Notes: generated by a model not told the origin, from the sequence alone. 64,000 nt of DNA from Akkermansiaceae bacterium (GCA_051251915.1 JBPOGF010000013.1:1-64000); one strand, 5' to 3'. Numbered from the stretch's first letter, positions 27,936-38,766 are shown. Program-made: numbers and translations.

Positions 27936-29432
27936 ATGGATACACCCATCAGATTAAACCAAGAAAACCTACAGCTTCTGCCTGAAGCTATCGTTCGCCC
28001 ACGCTACGACCGTAGCAAGCTAACTGCCGGCATCATGCACGTAGGTGTAGGCGGGTTTCACAGATCGCATGAAGCCTACTACACCGACGAGCTGCTAGCT
28101 ACTACTGGCGCTACTGACTGGGCTATCTGTGGTGTTGGACTCCGCGAAGGAGATCGTAAAATTGCGGACGTCTTAAAAAAACAAGACTACCTCTACACCC
28201 TCATAGTCAAACACCCAGACGGTAAAATCGAGAACCGCGTCATCGGCTCCATCATCGACTTCATGCTCGGCTGTGATGACCCAACAGCAGTCATCGACAG
28301 AATGGCTAGCGAAGTCACCAAGATCGTCTCACTCACCATCACCGAAGGCGGATATAATTTTAATCCAACCACCGGTAAATTCAATTTCGAGAACCCAGAC
28401 GTTATCCACGACCTAGCCTACCCAAAGCAGCCTAAAACAATCTTCGGCTATCTAACAGAAGCACTCAGAAAACGCCGCGAAGCAGGCACTCCACCATTCA
28501 CCGTCCAATCATGCGATAACATCCAGCACAATGGCGATGTGGCTCGTAAAATGTTCCTAGCATTCGCCCATGAACAAGACCCAGACATCGCGGCCTACAT
28601 CGAAAACGAAGTCTGCTTTCCAAATGCCATGGTAGACCGCATCACTCCAGTCACCACAGCAGAAGACATGGAAACACTCAAAAACAACGCTGGCATCAAA
28701 GACAAATGGCCCGTCACCTGCGAACCATTCTGCCAATGGGTAATCGAAGATACATTCTCAAATGGAAGACCTCAGTGGGAAAAAGTCGGCGCACAATTCG
28801 TTCCAGACGTAACCCCCTACGAGACTATGAAACTCCGTCTCCTCAATGCCGGACACTCAGTCCTAGGACTACTCGGATCCATCCACGGCCACGAAACTAT
28901 CGACAGCTGCGTAGCAGATCCCCTATTTGCCACCTATCTCCGCAGATTCATGGACTTCGAAGCCACACCAGTTCTAGCTCCAGTCGACGGCATCGACATC
29001 GAAGCATACAAAGACACCTTGTTAGAAAGATTTGGTAACCCCAATGTCAAAGACAGCCTAGTCCGCATCTGCCTAGAAAGCTCATCGAAGCTTCCCGTCT
29101 TCCTCATCCCAACCATCACTGAAAACCTCAAGCGCAATGGCAGCACAGAATACGCAGCCCTTGTCATCGCAGCCTGGTGTTACTACTCAGACAAGCACAC
29201 AGACAGACACGGTAATAAGTTAGAAGTCATCGATCAACTAAGCGATGAACTCCACACCGGAGCCTCTGGAACAGATAATGACAAACTTTCATTCCTAAAA
29301 CTAACATCCGTCTTTGGTGATATCATTAACAATAAATCATTCACCGAAGAATACAAACGCATGATCACTGCACTCTATGAAAACTCAGACATTTCACGTC
29401 AGATGCAAGCACTCCTCTTCGGTCAAGAATAA
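27936..29432 (+). CDS. Mannitol 2-dehydrogenase family protein
   Basis: HVGVGGFHRSH, LTITEGGY, SCDN, MVDRITP, KLRLLNAGH. Confidence 0.93.
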   Translation: MDTPIRLNQENLQLLPEAIVRPRYDRSKLTAGIMHVGVGGFHRSHEAYYTDELLATTGATDWAICGVGLREGDRKIADVLKKQDYLYTLIVKHPDGKIENRVIGSIIDFMLGCDDPTAVIDRMASEVTKIVSLTITEGGYNFNPTTGKFNFENPDVIHDLAYPKQPKTIFGYLTEALRKRREAGTPPFTVQSCDNIQHNGDVARKMFLAFAHEQDPDIAAYIENEVCFPNAMVDRITPVTTAEDMETLKNNAGIKDKWPVTCEPFCQWVIEDTFSNGRPQWEKVGAQFVPDVTPYETMKLRLLNAGHSVLGLLGSIHGHETIDSCVADPLFATYLRRFMDFEATPVLAPVDGIDIEAYKDTLLERFGNPNVKDSLVRICLESSSKLPVFLIPTITENLKRNGSTEYAALVIAAWCYYSDKHTDRHGNKLEVIDQLSDELHTGASGTDNDKLSFLKLTSVFGDIINNKSFTEEYKRMITALYENSDISRQMQALLFGQE

Positions 29433-29531
29433 GACCTAACTATAATAAATTCAGAAATAAACAACATTTCCACGGGACAACTGCGCCCAAATCTCAAGCA
29501 GCAAACTAAAAATACAAACCAAACATACACC

Positions 29532-30755
29532 ATGAAGAAACTAGCAACAACCATGACAATAGCCTTTTCTGGCATAGCTCTCGCAGCAGAAGAGGTGCCA
29601 GCCTTTAATCTAACAGAGCCAACAGTTGCGCTAACAGACTTTGAACGAGATACCCTCACCGGCGATTGGGACGGAGCCAGAACAAAGCTTGCAAACAACG
29701 GCATCAAACCATTCCTCTACTATGACTCAATCTACGCACATAACGTAAGCGGCGGTCTAGATAATGGCGGTGAATACGCCGGTCAGGTCTACGGAGGTGT
29801 AGACCTTGATCTCGAAAAAATAGCAGGCTGGACAGGAACCACAGCCAAGATCTCATATGTTCACAGACATGGTGACACAGTCAACAAACACATCGGTGCT
29901 GTTTATGACGGAACTACCATCTTCGGCGGACAGGTCAGCTACCTCTACCAAGCATACCTCGAAACCAAGTTTAGTGATCAATGGTCAATAAAGTATGGAC
30001 GTGTATCAGCTGACAATGATTTCGCAAAATCATCCATCTACGGATTCTCATCCAACACCGCTATCAATGGACCCATCCGCGCTACTCTACTAGAGAACTC
30101 CATCACATCGTTCCCATATGCAGTTTGGGGTGGTCGCATTAAATACAACGCTACTGAAGAACACCAATACCAACTCGGTGTTTACCAGACTGGACCAGAC
30201 CAGTGGGACTTCACCAATAACGGCCTAAACTTCGACTACACTAGCGACGACGGAGTATCAGTACTTGCTCAGTATGACTGGACTCCGAAGGGTGAAGACA
30301 CCCGAGTCTTCGCTGGAGTTATCGCCTCATTCCGTGATTTCGACAGACTAGACGGCACAGGTCAAGCTGACGGACTTGTTCGTTTCTACGCACACGGTGA
30401 AAAAGAGATCTCAGAAGGCTTCAAAGTCTTCGGTCTAGCCACCTGGGCAAATAAAGACGAAATCGCTCAAACTCCAGTCCAAATCAGTGTTGGAGCTAAC
30501 AAGAAAGGTCTATTTGCCTGCCGTGAAAATGATCACACATTCTTCCACGCAACCTACGGTAAACTAAGCGATGACTACGGTGTGAAAATCGGCAAAGAAG
30601 TAGACTACGAAATCGCCTACGAGCTAGGTCACCGCTTCCAGGTCACACCATATTCATACTTCCAGCCAGCCGTTCAATACATTCAGAACCCAGGCGGAGC
30701 AGGCGACATCGATGACGCAGTAGTCATCGGAGCTTGGTTCAACATGGCGTTTTAG
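29532..30755 (+). CDS. OprB-family carbohydrate porin
   Basis: LTGDWDGARTKL...GVDLDLEK; QPAVQYIQNPGG; C-terminal Phe. Confidence 0.92.
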   Translation: MKKLATTMTIAFSGIALAAEEVPAFNLTEPTVALTDFERDTLTGDWDGARTKLANNGIKPFLYYDSIYAHNVSGGLDNGGEYAGQVYGGVDLDLEKIAGWTGTTAKISYVHRHGDTVNKHIGAVYDGTTIFGGQVSYLYQAYLETKFSDQWSIKYGRVSADNDFAKSSIYGFSSNTAINGPIRATLLENSITSFPYAVWGGRIKYNATEEHQYQLGVYQTGPDQWDFTNNGLNFDYTSDDGVSVLAQYDWTPKGEDTRVFAGVIASFRDFDRLDGTGQADGLVRFYAHGEKEISEGFKVFGLATWANKDEIAQTPVQISVGANKKGLFACRENDHTFFHATYGKLSDDYGVKIGKEVDYEIAYELGHRFQVTPYSYFQPAVQYIQNPGGAGDIDDAVVIGAWFNMAF

Positions 30756-30797
30756 AAAACACACATAATAGAATATTTTTTCGTAGCACACAACTAG

Positions 30798-30844
30798 TCC
30801 CTAAGGCTGTCTGATCCCTCCCCAGGCAACCTTAGGGATTTTTT
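30798..30844 (+). terminator. Rho-independent terminator after the porin gene
   Basis: TCCCTAAGGCTGTCTG / CAGGCAACCTTAGGGA stem followed by T run. Confidence 0.8.
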
Positions 30845-30852
30845 CGTACACT

Positions 30853-31845
30853 TTGTATTTACCAACGCCTCTAAAATCGATAAAAAAGAATATGATCTCA
30901 CGTTCACATTCCTCAAAATACTTCATAAAAACTCTCTGCCTCATCACCACCTTACTCACCATTTCCCAGCTCTCCCAAGCCGCAGAGAAAGAAAATGGCT
31001 ACGCAGCCTCAGTCCCCAAGCCAACTCTCATCAATGTATCTTACGGAGAAAACCACCGCAACTTCCTAGACTTCTGGAAAGCTCCATCAGACACCCCCAC
31101 ACCCCTAGTCATCGTCATTCACGGCGGAGGCTGGAACGGAGGGAGTAAAGAATGGATCGACCGTTTCGTAGACACCGAAGCATTACTAAAAGCAGGCATC
31201 TCAGTAGCCGCCATCAATTACCGACTCATCAAACACTCCAAAGACCTCGACCCCCACGTCAAAGGCCCAATGACCGACGCCGCACGCGCCGTTCAATTCA
31301 TCCGCAGCAAAGCCAAAGAATGGAACATCAATAAATCCAAGATCGCCGCCACGGGAGGATCAGCAGGAGCCTGCACCAGCCTCTGGCTCGCCTACCACGA
31401 TGACCTAGCCGACCCCAAAAGCGATGACCCGGTCTCAAGAGAATCCACCCGCCTCACCTGCGTAGCAGTCACACGCCCCCAAACCACGCTCGACCCCAAA
31501 CAAATGCAACAATGGATCACCAACAGCAAATACGGCGGCCACGCCTTCGGAGTCAAAGACTTCGCCACATTCCTAGCTCAGAGAGATAGCCTCCTCCACA
31601 AGATCAACGAATACTCACCCTACGCACTCCTCACTAAAGACGACCCCGCCACCTACATGTCCTTCACCAAGCCCCCATCCAAAACCAAGCACGAAAAAGA
31701 CCCCACCCACTCCGCCATCTTCGGCGTCCACCTCCAAGCAAAGTGCGACACCCTAAACGTCCCCTGCGAAACCGTCTACCCCGGAGCAAAAAACATCAAA
31801 CACCCAACCGTCACCGAATACCTTATTAATAAACTAAGATCTTGA
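30853..31845 (+). CDS. Exported alpha/beta hydrolase (HSL-like esterase)
   Basis: IHGGGW oxyanion motif, GGSAGA nucleophile elbow; true start probably ATG at 30892. Confidence 0.88.
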   Translation: MYLPTPLKSIKKNMISRSHSSKYFIKTLCLITTLLTISQLSQAAEKENGYAASVPKPTLINVSYGENHRNFLDFWKAPSDTPTPLVIVIHGGGWNGGSKEWIDRFVDTEALLKAGISVAAINYRLIKHSKDLDPHVKGPMTDAARAVQFIRSKAKEWNINKSKIAATGGSAGACTSLWLAYHDDLADPKSDDPVSRESTRLTCVAVTRPQTTLDPKQMQQWITNSKYGGHAFGVKDFATFLAQRDSLLHKINEYSPYALLTKDDPATYMSFTKPPSKTKHEKDPTHSAIFGVHLQAKCDTLNVPCETVYPGAKNIKHPTVTEYLINKLRS

Positions 31846-31885
31846 GGCTCAGTAATCATGGAACCAGTAAGTTCACATGATGAAT

Positions 31886-32353
31886 TTATTTTGCATCTGA
31901 CTTTTGCAGATTGTAATTTTCGAGTGATTTTTGGAGATATGCAATTAACAACCTTCCCCCTTTGGTATTTTTTAACCTTTCGTTTTTGCTTAATTTTTTT
32001 TTGGACAATCCATAACGTAGCCTTACATAATTCTTTGTTTTACTGTTACGTAATTCCATTGTTATCTGATAATAACTGTCATCCATTTTAGGAGTAACAT
32101 GGACTTCTTGCCCCGCTAAATCCTCATCATTCTTTTGCGCTTTTAACGCTTCAATGACTATGAATTCCCTCAAATCTCCTTTCAAGGTCTTCAATTTGAT
32201 CTTCTTAATCACGGGTTTACTAGGATCTTCACCATCTTTATAGATGTATAAATCTGCAACGTCATCAAAAACCAAGGTACTACCTTCATCAGCAAATACA
32301 TGAAAAGACAGACTCATGATAACAACAAAAATCATATTCATTTGACGGATCAT
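31886..32353 (-). CDS. Hypothetical exported protein
   Basis: 155-aa ORF with signal-peptide-like N-terminus, AT-rich. Confidence 0.6.
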   Translation of the reverse strand: MIRQMNMIFVVIMSLSFHVFADEGSTLVFDDVADLYIYKDGEDPSKPVIKKIKLKTLKGDLREFIVIEALKAQKNDEDLAGQEVHVTPKMDDSYYQITMELRNSKTKNYVRLRYGLSKKKLSKNERLKNTKGGRLLIAYLQKSLENYNLQKSDAK

Positions 32354-32380
32354 AATACTTTAAAAGACACATCATCAAAA

Positions 32381-33271
32381 CTATTCCGCCCAAGCCATCC
32401 TCAACAGCTCAATCAGCCTATCCTTCTCCGTCGCCGAAGTCTTAGCTAGAAACCCAGATTTATGCGCAAAATGTACATCATCGCAGTGATTCACTTTCGT
32501 AAATTCTAACCTCACATCATCATTGAAACGAGAAATAGCATAACCTTCTCCCCTTCTATCTGGATAAATCATCGCCACACATTTCTGCGCACTGGGCTCT
32601 AGCTCAATGTATTTCCCCATACCCGCCGATGGTTCACCAGGCATAGGATCCGTTCTAGGCATAAAGAGAGCTTGTAAATTTCCTCCGAGATCAAGAACCT
32701 CCGCATTCTCAGCGATATATACGAGTCGTTCCTTCGCACTACTAATATAATAAACCAAGTCTTCACCCACCATCCGCATTAGCTCCCAGATCACATCACC
32801 GGGCTTAAGCTCGGTATGCTTCGCAAACCTTCTTAAACAAGTGATATCCAGCGGTGAATTTAATTTAGCCATCACCTCACGATCCACATTAAGCCACTTC
32901 GCCGTCTTCACTGCCCCACGCGTATCAAACCACTCAGCAGGCTCCAGCCAATCACAAAACTTACGGCCTTCCTCATAAAGATCAAAATGCCTAAGCACCA
33001 ATGAAAGCGCACACGTAGGCACATAGTCCCTAGGAAATTGATGGTGATCAAAGTTATTCTTCTCAGGATCATGCTCACCACCAACATCAATCACACAAAC
33101 CTTAGGGTCAGCTATGTCCTCCGGTGTTGGCTCGCGCCTGAAAATAGGTACGTTATGGTGAAATATCATCACACTACACGCCAAAAAGTCATCTTTGTGA
33201 GCACCTCCGGGGTGGGTCACGATTTTAGTTATATCCATGACACTACTAACAACACGGTTATAAAAAAACAC
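32381..33271 (-). CDS. MYG1 family (DHH-like) hydrolase/exonuclease
   Basis: THPGGAHKDD, DVGGEHD...FDHHQ, FAHKSGF; start probably at MDITK. Confidence 0.85.
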   Translation of the reverse strand: MFFYNRVVSSVMDITKIVTHPGGAHKDDFLACSVMIFHHNVPIFRREPTPEDIADPKVCVIDVGGEHDPEKNNFDHHQFPRDYVPTCALSLVLRHFDLYEEGRKFCDWLEPAEWFDTRGAVKTAKWLNVDREVMAKLNSPLDITCLRRFAKHTELKPGDVIWELMRMVGEDLVYYISSAKERLVYIAENAEVLDLGGNLQALFMPRTDPMPGEPSAGMGKYIELEPSAQKCVAMIYPDRRGEGYAISRFNDDVRLEFTKVNHCDDVHFAHKSGFLAKTSATEKDRLIELLRMAWAE

Positions 33272-33319
33272 AACATTTTACCATCGCATTGTTGATCTAT
33301 TTACGCTTTTATTACGCAT

Positions 33320-34666
33320 ATGGAAACAAATGGCCCTACCCCTTACCAAAGAAAAACCATGTGGAAAGCTGCCACAGGGCTAGCGATACTCGTGATCGGC
33401 CTCCTCTTAGTCGGTCTCATCTGGATCACCAGTAATGCTTTGTCCTTCCTTCAGCCAGTGCTCCTCCCCGTCGCGGTCGCTGGGGTGATCGCCTACTTGT
33501 TAGACCCTATTGTAACTTGGCTCCAACGCAAGGGTATGAGTAGGTTTAAATCAGTGCTCTCTGTTTTCGCTTCCTTCTTACTAGTTCTAACCGCCCTAGC
33601 CTTAATCGTTATCCCTCCTCTTGTTAAGCAAGTAACAGATGAAGATCAACGTAACAGAATTGGAGACAGAATCCAAAAGACGATCGAATCAGTTAGCGAA
33701 AATTCATGGCTTGAGCCTGTTTTCTCCTCTCTACTTTCTAAACATGAAGAAACCGATCATAAACCTGCCGTCACAACGAGTCCCGAGCCTGAAGAAACCG
33801 CAACGACAACCACTAAAAACTCAGGTAAGCCAAAGTTTTCTGAAACAAACCTAGCAAACTACCTCTCAGAAAATGCCGGTAAAGTCGCTGCTCTAGCAGG
33901 CAAGCTCATCACATCGGGAACAACCACATTTCTAGGTACCTTAGGATTACTAATCGGCCTAGCCATGGTTCCCATCTATCTCTATTATTTCCTTAAAGAA
34001 GGCTCAGCGATCAAGAACAACTGGCATGACTATGTACCACTCAAAGCATCCCGCTTTAAAACCGAAGTGGTCGATACATTGTCAGAAATCAACGGCTATC
34101 TCATTTCCTTCTTCCGTGGTCAGGTCTTAGTGGCAATGATAGACGGCCTACTCGTAGGTATCGCCCTCGCCATTTTCCAGTTACCATACGGTGTCCTCAT
34201 TGGTCTCATCCTCGGCATCATCGGTGTGATTCCCTTTGTGGGTAATATCATCTGTTTAGTACCAGCATGTTTTATCGCTTATGTGCATTTCTCCAGCCCT
34301 ACAGTGCACACCCATGAATGGCTACTAGGAACTAATCCTTGGGCATACGTCGCCGCAGTCGCTTGTATTTTCGTAGTAGTCCAGCAGATAAACTCACTCG
34401 TCACCGCACCTAAAATCGTAGGCGAATCGGTAGGACTTCACCCGATGACGGTAATCTTCTCAATGCTCTTCTGGTCTCTCATCCTAGGTGGCATGCTCGG
34501 AGCTCTCCTCGCTGTACCCATGACAGCTGCTGTAAAAGTTCTCTTCAGACGCTATATCTGGGAACGAAAGATCAATTCTAACAATGGAGAAGAATACGCC
34601 GCATTCGCAGACCTTCCCAAAGAATTAGATGATCTTGAAGATATAGATGAAACCATCACAACTTAA
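33320..34666 (+). CDS. AI-2E family transporter
   Basis: IAYLLDPIV, PKIVGESVGLHP, GALLAVP. Confidence 0.92.
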   Translation: METNGPTPYQRKTMWKAATGLAILVIGLLLVGLIWITSNALSFLQPVLLPVAVAGVIAYLLDPIVTWLQRKGMSRFKSVLSVFASFLLVLTALALIVIPPLVKQVTDEDQRNRIGDRIQKTIESVSENSWLEPVFSSLLSKHEETDHKPAVTTSPEPEETATTTTKNSGKPKFSETNLANYLSENAGKVAALAGKLITSGTTTFLGTLGLLIGLAMVPIYLYYFLKEGSAIKNNWHDYVPLKASRFKTEVVDTLSEINGYLISFFRGQVLVAMIDGLLVGIALAIFQLPYGVLIGLILGIIGVIPFVGNIICLVPACFIAYVHFSSPTVHTHEWLLGTNPWAYVAAVACIFVVVQQINSLVTAPKIVGESVGLHPMTVIFSMLFWSLILGGMLGALLAVPMTAAVKVLFRRYIWERKINSNNGEEYAAFADLPKELDDLEDIDETITT

Positions 34667-34680
34667 AAAATAGATTCAGC

Positions 34681-35061
34681 ATGGCAAGCAAGCTTCATAT
34701 CGGATTCTTACTTCTCCCCATCCTCTTCATCATAGGTGGATGCAATAAATCTGATAGCCAGTCGACACCTGTCCAGTTAACCGTCAACCCACCAACACCA
34801 GACCTCGAACCAACTAAAACCGAACTAGATTCCTTATCTGGGCAGCATCAAACCGGTGAACTATTCATCCGCTATAAAGGCGCTAGCTCTGAGCTCAAGA
34901 AATGGACTATCCAGTCACCATTCGAAATCATCGTCAGTAAAGAATACATCGAAGTCCATTTCTCAGGATCATACTACATCGATAACGAAAAAACGCCCCC
35001 TGGCAAGAAACGCCTCTTTATCAAGAAGCAGGACATCAATATGATTTTCCTCTCTGAATAA
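34681..35061 (+). CDS. Hypothetical lipoprotein
   Basis: Lipobox IIGGC after a hydrophobic stretch. Confidence 0.65.
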   Translation: MASKLHIGFLLLPILFIIGGCNKSDSQSTPVQLTVNPPTPDLEPTKTELDSLSGQHQTGELFIRYKGASSELKKWTIQSPFEIIVSKEYIEVHFSGSYYIDNEKTPPGKKRLFIKKQDINMIFLSE

Positions 35062-35097
35062 CATCTCAAACCATCACTCTAACAAAAATACAAATTC

Positions 35098-35505
35098 ATG
35101 GTAACTATCTCTATCAACTACGCCGGCGAACTCCGCTGCGACGCTACTCACGATCCTTCCGGAAGCACCTTATCCACCGATGCACCAGTAGACAACAACG
35201 GCAAAGGCGAGACATTCTCTCCTACCGATCTAGTAGCTACTGCCTTAGGAAACTGCATGGCTACCATTATGGGAATAGTGGCTGAAAGAAAAGGAATCTC
35301 ATTAGATGGCCTTACTCTTAAAGTTGAAAAGCACATGTCAGAAGACCTGCCTCGCAGAATCAGCAAGCTCCCCCTCACCATCAACATGCCAATGGCAGAA
35401 GATGATAAATACAAGGACCTAATGATCAATGCAGCACTCACCTGCCCAGTGCATCAAAGCCTACACGAAAGCATCGAGATCCCTATCGAGTGGGTCTGGC
35501 AGTAA
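35098..35505 (+). CDS. OsmC family protein
   Basis: TDAPVDNNGKGETFSPTDLVATALGNC...CPVHQSL. Confidence 0.92.
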   Translation: MVTISINYAGELRCDATHDPSGSTLSTDAPVDNNGKGETFSPTDLVATALGNCMATIMGIVAERKGISLDGLTLKVEKHMSEDLPRRISKLPLTINMPMAEDDKYKDLMINAALTCPVHQSLHESIEIPIEWVWQ

Positions 35506-36601
35506 CCGGCGTCTCAGGCTCTACTACAGCCTTAGGAACAGGGAAATCCCCCGATAGCAAAGCCACAGTCCTTATCCCTATCGACGTCAGACTAGCTGAC
35601 CTACCTGTTCCCGAGAGTAACCCTTTCGTATGATACCTATGATCTGACTGAGTCGGCTTCACATAGCTCACTACTGGCTTACTCACCTTTCTCAAACTAG
35701 GAGTCACACCTAACGGAAAACCTGATGAGGCATAACTAATCTCCCACGAAGGAGTCGCCTTACTGTGATCACCTTTCCTAATCCACGGATAACGCTTGGC
35801 TATATCCAGAGCCACACTACCCTCCCTTGGTATAGTAATCTTGAAATATACAGGAATCTTGTTGATAAAGTCACTCAGCTTAAGAGATGGATCACGACGA
35901 TGCCTAATAAACAGCTCTGCTATATTCAGCCCATTCATGTTGAGACCATTATGCTCTCCATGGATATTATTAGAGCCAAAATAGTGTGCAAACCAGTTCG
36001 AGAAATCTGATTGCGCCATCACATTCAATTCTAAATGAAGATGCGCACGCTCACGGTTTATCCCAGCTCCAGTATAACCCATTTTTGCAATAATTGTCCC
36101 CGCATCCACTGGCTGGCCAACCTCACAGTCTGCTTCATCCAAGTGCGCATACAACGAATAAAATGCCCCTAACCGCGGTCCCCAAACATGTTCGACTATG
36201 ACATATTTCCCGTAATTACTATTCCCCGCTACGCTATTAACATAGACAACTTTCCCTTTAGCTATAGACCGAACTAAATCTAGCGGTCGTCCCGCCGCAT
36301 CGCGCTTCATCGGTCGGATATCCACGCCTTCATGAAATCTAGTACCGATCACCCCCTCAGGAGTTCTACGCAGATTCCTCACATACCCATACTGCCCAGC
36401 AGTCCATGGTTTAGAATCCACTCCCTCGAAATGTCGAGTTGTATACATGTAAAATTTCTGCGGCTCGGAACCGAAAATATGATCATTATAAGTAGGTAAT
36501 TTCAGTCCTAACAATTGCTCCTCAGCCTTCAGTGTAGAAAACAAGGGTGCAACAGCAACGACGGCAGTCAGCCAATGTGAGATCTTCATAGCTCGTCTCA
36601 A
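35483..36601 (-). CDS. M23 family metallopeptidase
   Basis: FHEGVDI, YSLYAHL, AHLHLE motifs; signal peptide. Confidence 0.9.
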   Translation of the reverse strand: MRRAMKISHWLTAVVAVAPLFSTLKAEEQLLGLKLPTYNDHIFGSEPQKFYMYTTRHFEGVDSKPWTAGQYGYVRNLRRTPEGVIGTRFHEGVDIRPMKRDAAGRPLDLVRSIAKGKVVYVNSVAGNSNYGKYVIVEHVWGPRLGAFYSLYAHLDEADCEVGQPVDAGTIIAKMGYTGAGINRERAHLHLELNVMAQSDFSNWFAHYFGSNNIHGEHNGLNMNGLNIAELFIRHRRDPSLKLSDFINKIPVYFKITIPREGSVALDIAKRYPWIRKGDHSKATPSWEISYASSGFPLGVTPSLRKVSKPVVSYVKPTQSDHRYHTKGLLSGTGRSASLTSIGIRTVALLSGDFPVPKAVVEPETPVTARPTR

Positions 36602-36607
36602 GAAAAA

Positions 36608-37177
36608 TTATCGCTTTGCTTTAGCCGCTTTTTTCTCAAGCTTAAGCCGCTTTTTCCAATCCTTAGGATCTTCCCCTATTTTAGGTATAAGCGGGTTTAC
36701 CAACGCTAGGAATTGAGGATCAACGCCACGCCAGATAGTAATCACTCTACCATCGACCATTTTATCCACAAAAAGCATATCCACCACTCTTCCATTAATG
36801 TTTACAACGATGTATTTTCCTTTATTTGCCGCAGAGATCATCTTCAACCTTGTCGCGGCAGTCTTCCTAAGCTGTAGAGTAACTCCATACATCTCATTTT
36901 CATGAGGAGAAACAAACGGATAATACGCAATAAAATCTTTAGTAGTAAATGACGGCGACTTCTGAATATATTTGGTCCCCATAGGAGTTTTCGCCGGGAT
37001 ACTCAGTTTCTTCCCCTCTAAACTAGAAGCCTCTAAATGGAACGTGATAGACACTGGTGGAGCCTTTTTTCCGCTAGCAGAAGCTACGTTTACATGAGTG
37101 AGGCCGATACAGAGAATCAATGTTAAGATGCGAATCATAGCCATACTCTGCCTGCTACCAGATGAGAGATAAAGCAA
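36608..37177 (-). CDS. Hypothetical exported protein
   Basis: Signal peptide; start probably at MAMIR; upstream of and co-directional with the M23 gene. Confidence 0.7.
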   Translation of the reverse strand: MLYLSSGSRQSMAMIRILTLILCIGLTHVNVASASGKKAPPVSITFHLEASSLEGKKLSIPAKTPMGTKYIQKSPSFTTKDFIAYYPFVSPHENEMYGVTLQLRKTAATRLKMISAANKGKYIVVNINGRVVDMLFVDKMVDGRVITIWRGVDPQFLALVNPLIPKIGEDPKDWKKRLKLEKKAAKAKR

Positions 37178-37285
37178 AATATGACCACTAGTTTACATTA
37201 GTTCGCCCAAGTTTAAAAATATTTTCAACATTAACCTAGGATTATTTTAAAATGGAATTTACCCGTATTCTAGCCTTACTATCAC

Positions 37286-37314
37286 TTGACCTCAGATGAT
37301 TGCAGTTTTAAGGT
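37286..37314 (+). promoter_or_regulatory. Putative sigma70 promoter of the yqgE-dtd-rarA run (leaderless)
   Basis: TTGACC-N17-TAAGGT-N6-GTG. Confidence 0.55.
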
Positions 37315-37320
37315 AAACTT

Positions 37321-37878
37321 GTGAATATACCTGCTCATTCATTCAATCCGCCGATCAATGGCTCACTACTTCTAGCTTCTCCATCCCTTCAAGATGGCGT
37401 ATTTGATGACTCCGTGATCTTAGTACACACCCATCGCTCCACAGGGGCCGAAGGGCTGATCTTAAATCGCCCTACCGGCAAAACCGTGGGAGATTACATG
37501 TGCAGCAACCATTTTGAAACACTGAAAAACTTACCTCTATACTACGGCGGCCCTGTCGCTGAGGATCAATTAAGTTTTGCTAGCTTCTCATGGAAGAAAA
37601 ATGGTGATTTAAAATGCAAACCTTCCATCTCCTCAGAAGAAGCCATCGAAACCATGAGCCAAAGCGGCTCTCTCATACGTGCCTACCTCGGTTCAAGTAA
37701 TTGGACCAAAGGGCAACTTGAAAAAGAACTAGAAAATTACGTCTGGTTCATAGCCCCAGCCATCCCAAAATTACTCAGTATGCCTCAGGATGAAACGCTA
37801 TGGAAAAACACCATGCAGGTTCTTTCTCCATTCCATCACATCATTTCCCTCACTCCAGAGAACCCCTTTTTAAACTAA
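37321..37878 (+). CDS. YqgE/AlgH family protein
   Basis: LLLASPSLQDGVF, GLILNRP, YYGGPV, WTKGQLEKEL. Confidence 0.92.
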   Translation: MNIPAHSFNPPINGSLLLASPSLQDGVFDDSVILVHTHRSTGAEGLILNRPTGKTVGDYMCSNHFETLKNLPLYYGGPVAEDQLSFASFSWKKNGDLKCKPSISSEEAIETMSQSGSLIRAYLGSSNWTKGQLEKELENYVWFIAPAIPKLLSMPQDETLWKNTMQVLSPFHHIISLTPENPFLN

Positions 37879-37890
37879 TTCTTTAACAAT

Positions 37891-38343
37891 ATGAGAGTGG
37901 TTATTCAACGAGCGCAGTCCGCTCAAGTAGTGATTTCTGGGGAAGTCCATGGCGCAATCCAACGCGGAGTCGTTGTCCTAGTAGGTATCGAGCATGATGA
38001 CTCTCTAGAAGATGCAGAATGGCTCTGCCGAAAAGTAGCTAATTTACGCATCTTTGACGACGAAGCAGGCGTGATGAATCTCTCACTAACTGACATCGCT
38101 GGCGAAGCCCTCATCATATCACAGTTCACACTACATGCTTCCACCAAAAAAGGGAACCGCCCGTCCTACATCAAAGCAGCCCGCCCCGAAATCTCAAAGC
38201 CTCTTTATGAAAAATTTATCACCACGCTAAATTCTCATCTAGCAAAACCATGCCAAACTGGTAAGTTCGGCGCAGATATGCAAGTCTCACTCACCAACGA
38301 TGGCCCAGTCACCATCGTCATCGATACTAAAAATAAAGAATAA
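37891..38343 (+). CDS. dtd: D-aminoacyl-tRNA deacylase
   Basis: MRVVIQR, SQFTL, KGNRPS, NDGPVT. Confidence 0.97.
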   Translation: MRVVIQRAQSAQVVISGEVHGAIQRGVVVLVGIEHDDSLEDAEWLCRKVANLRIFDDEAGVMNLSLTDIAGEALIISQFTLHASTKKGNRPSYIKAARPEISKPLYEKFITTLNSHLAKPCQTGKFGADMQVSLTNDGPVTIVIDTKNKE

Positions 38344-38766
38344 ATGGTAGATATAAACCCCATCTCAATCCAATTTGAAATACCCGCTACTGATCACCTA
38401 GGCAAAGATCACGTAGAGGGAAAAGTTCGCTTCATGCCTGATGAAGTAGAGATCGATTGGCGCGTGAAAGGGAACGTTTTCCGTGGGGGCAATGCTGAAG
38501 TCGAAACCATCACTATGCCCTACGGCCAGATCGAGCACGTAGAACTAGTGAAAAAATGGTGGAAAATTCGCGACATCATCCTCCGCATCTCAGACCCCTC
38601 ACTAGTAGCTAAAATCCCGGGCGTAGAAATGGGGAAAATGGTTCTTAAGATCGACAAACGCTCCCGCGAAGAAGCAGAAAAGCTCGAGTCATTGATCGAC
38701 TTCAAACGCTCCATCTTCATCCTAGATGAGCAAACCAAACGTCTAGAAAGGCTTAAGGAATCTTAG
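38344..38766 (+). CDS. Hypothetical protein
   Basis: 140-aa ORF abutting the dtd stop within the operon. Confidence 0.75.
   Translation: MVDINPISIQFEIPATDHLGKDHVEGKVRFMPDEVEIDWRVKGNVFRGGNAEVETITMPYGQIEHVELVKKWWKIRDIILRISDPSLVAKIPGVEMGKMVLKIDKRSREEAEKLESLIDFKRSIFILDEQTKRLERLKES

Noticed and set aside
31858..32091. Plus-strand 77-aa ORF
   Set aside because: Antisense to the longer 31886-32353 ORF, which has a credible signal peptide
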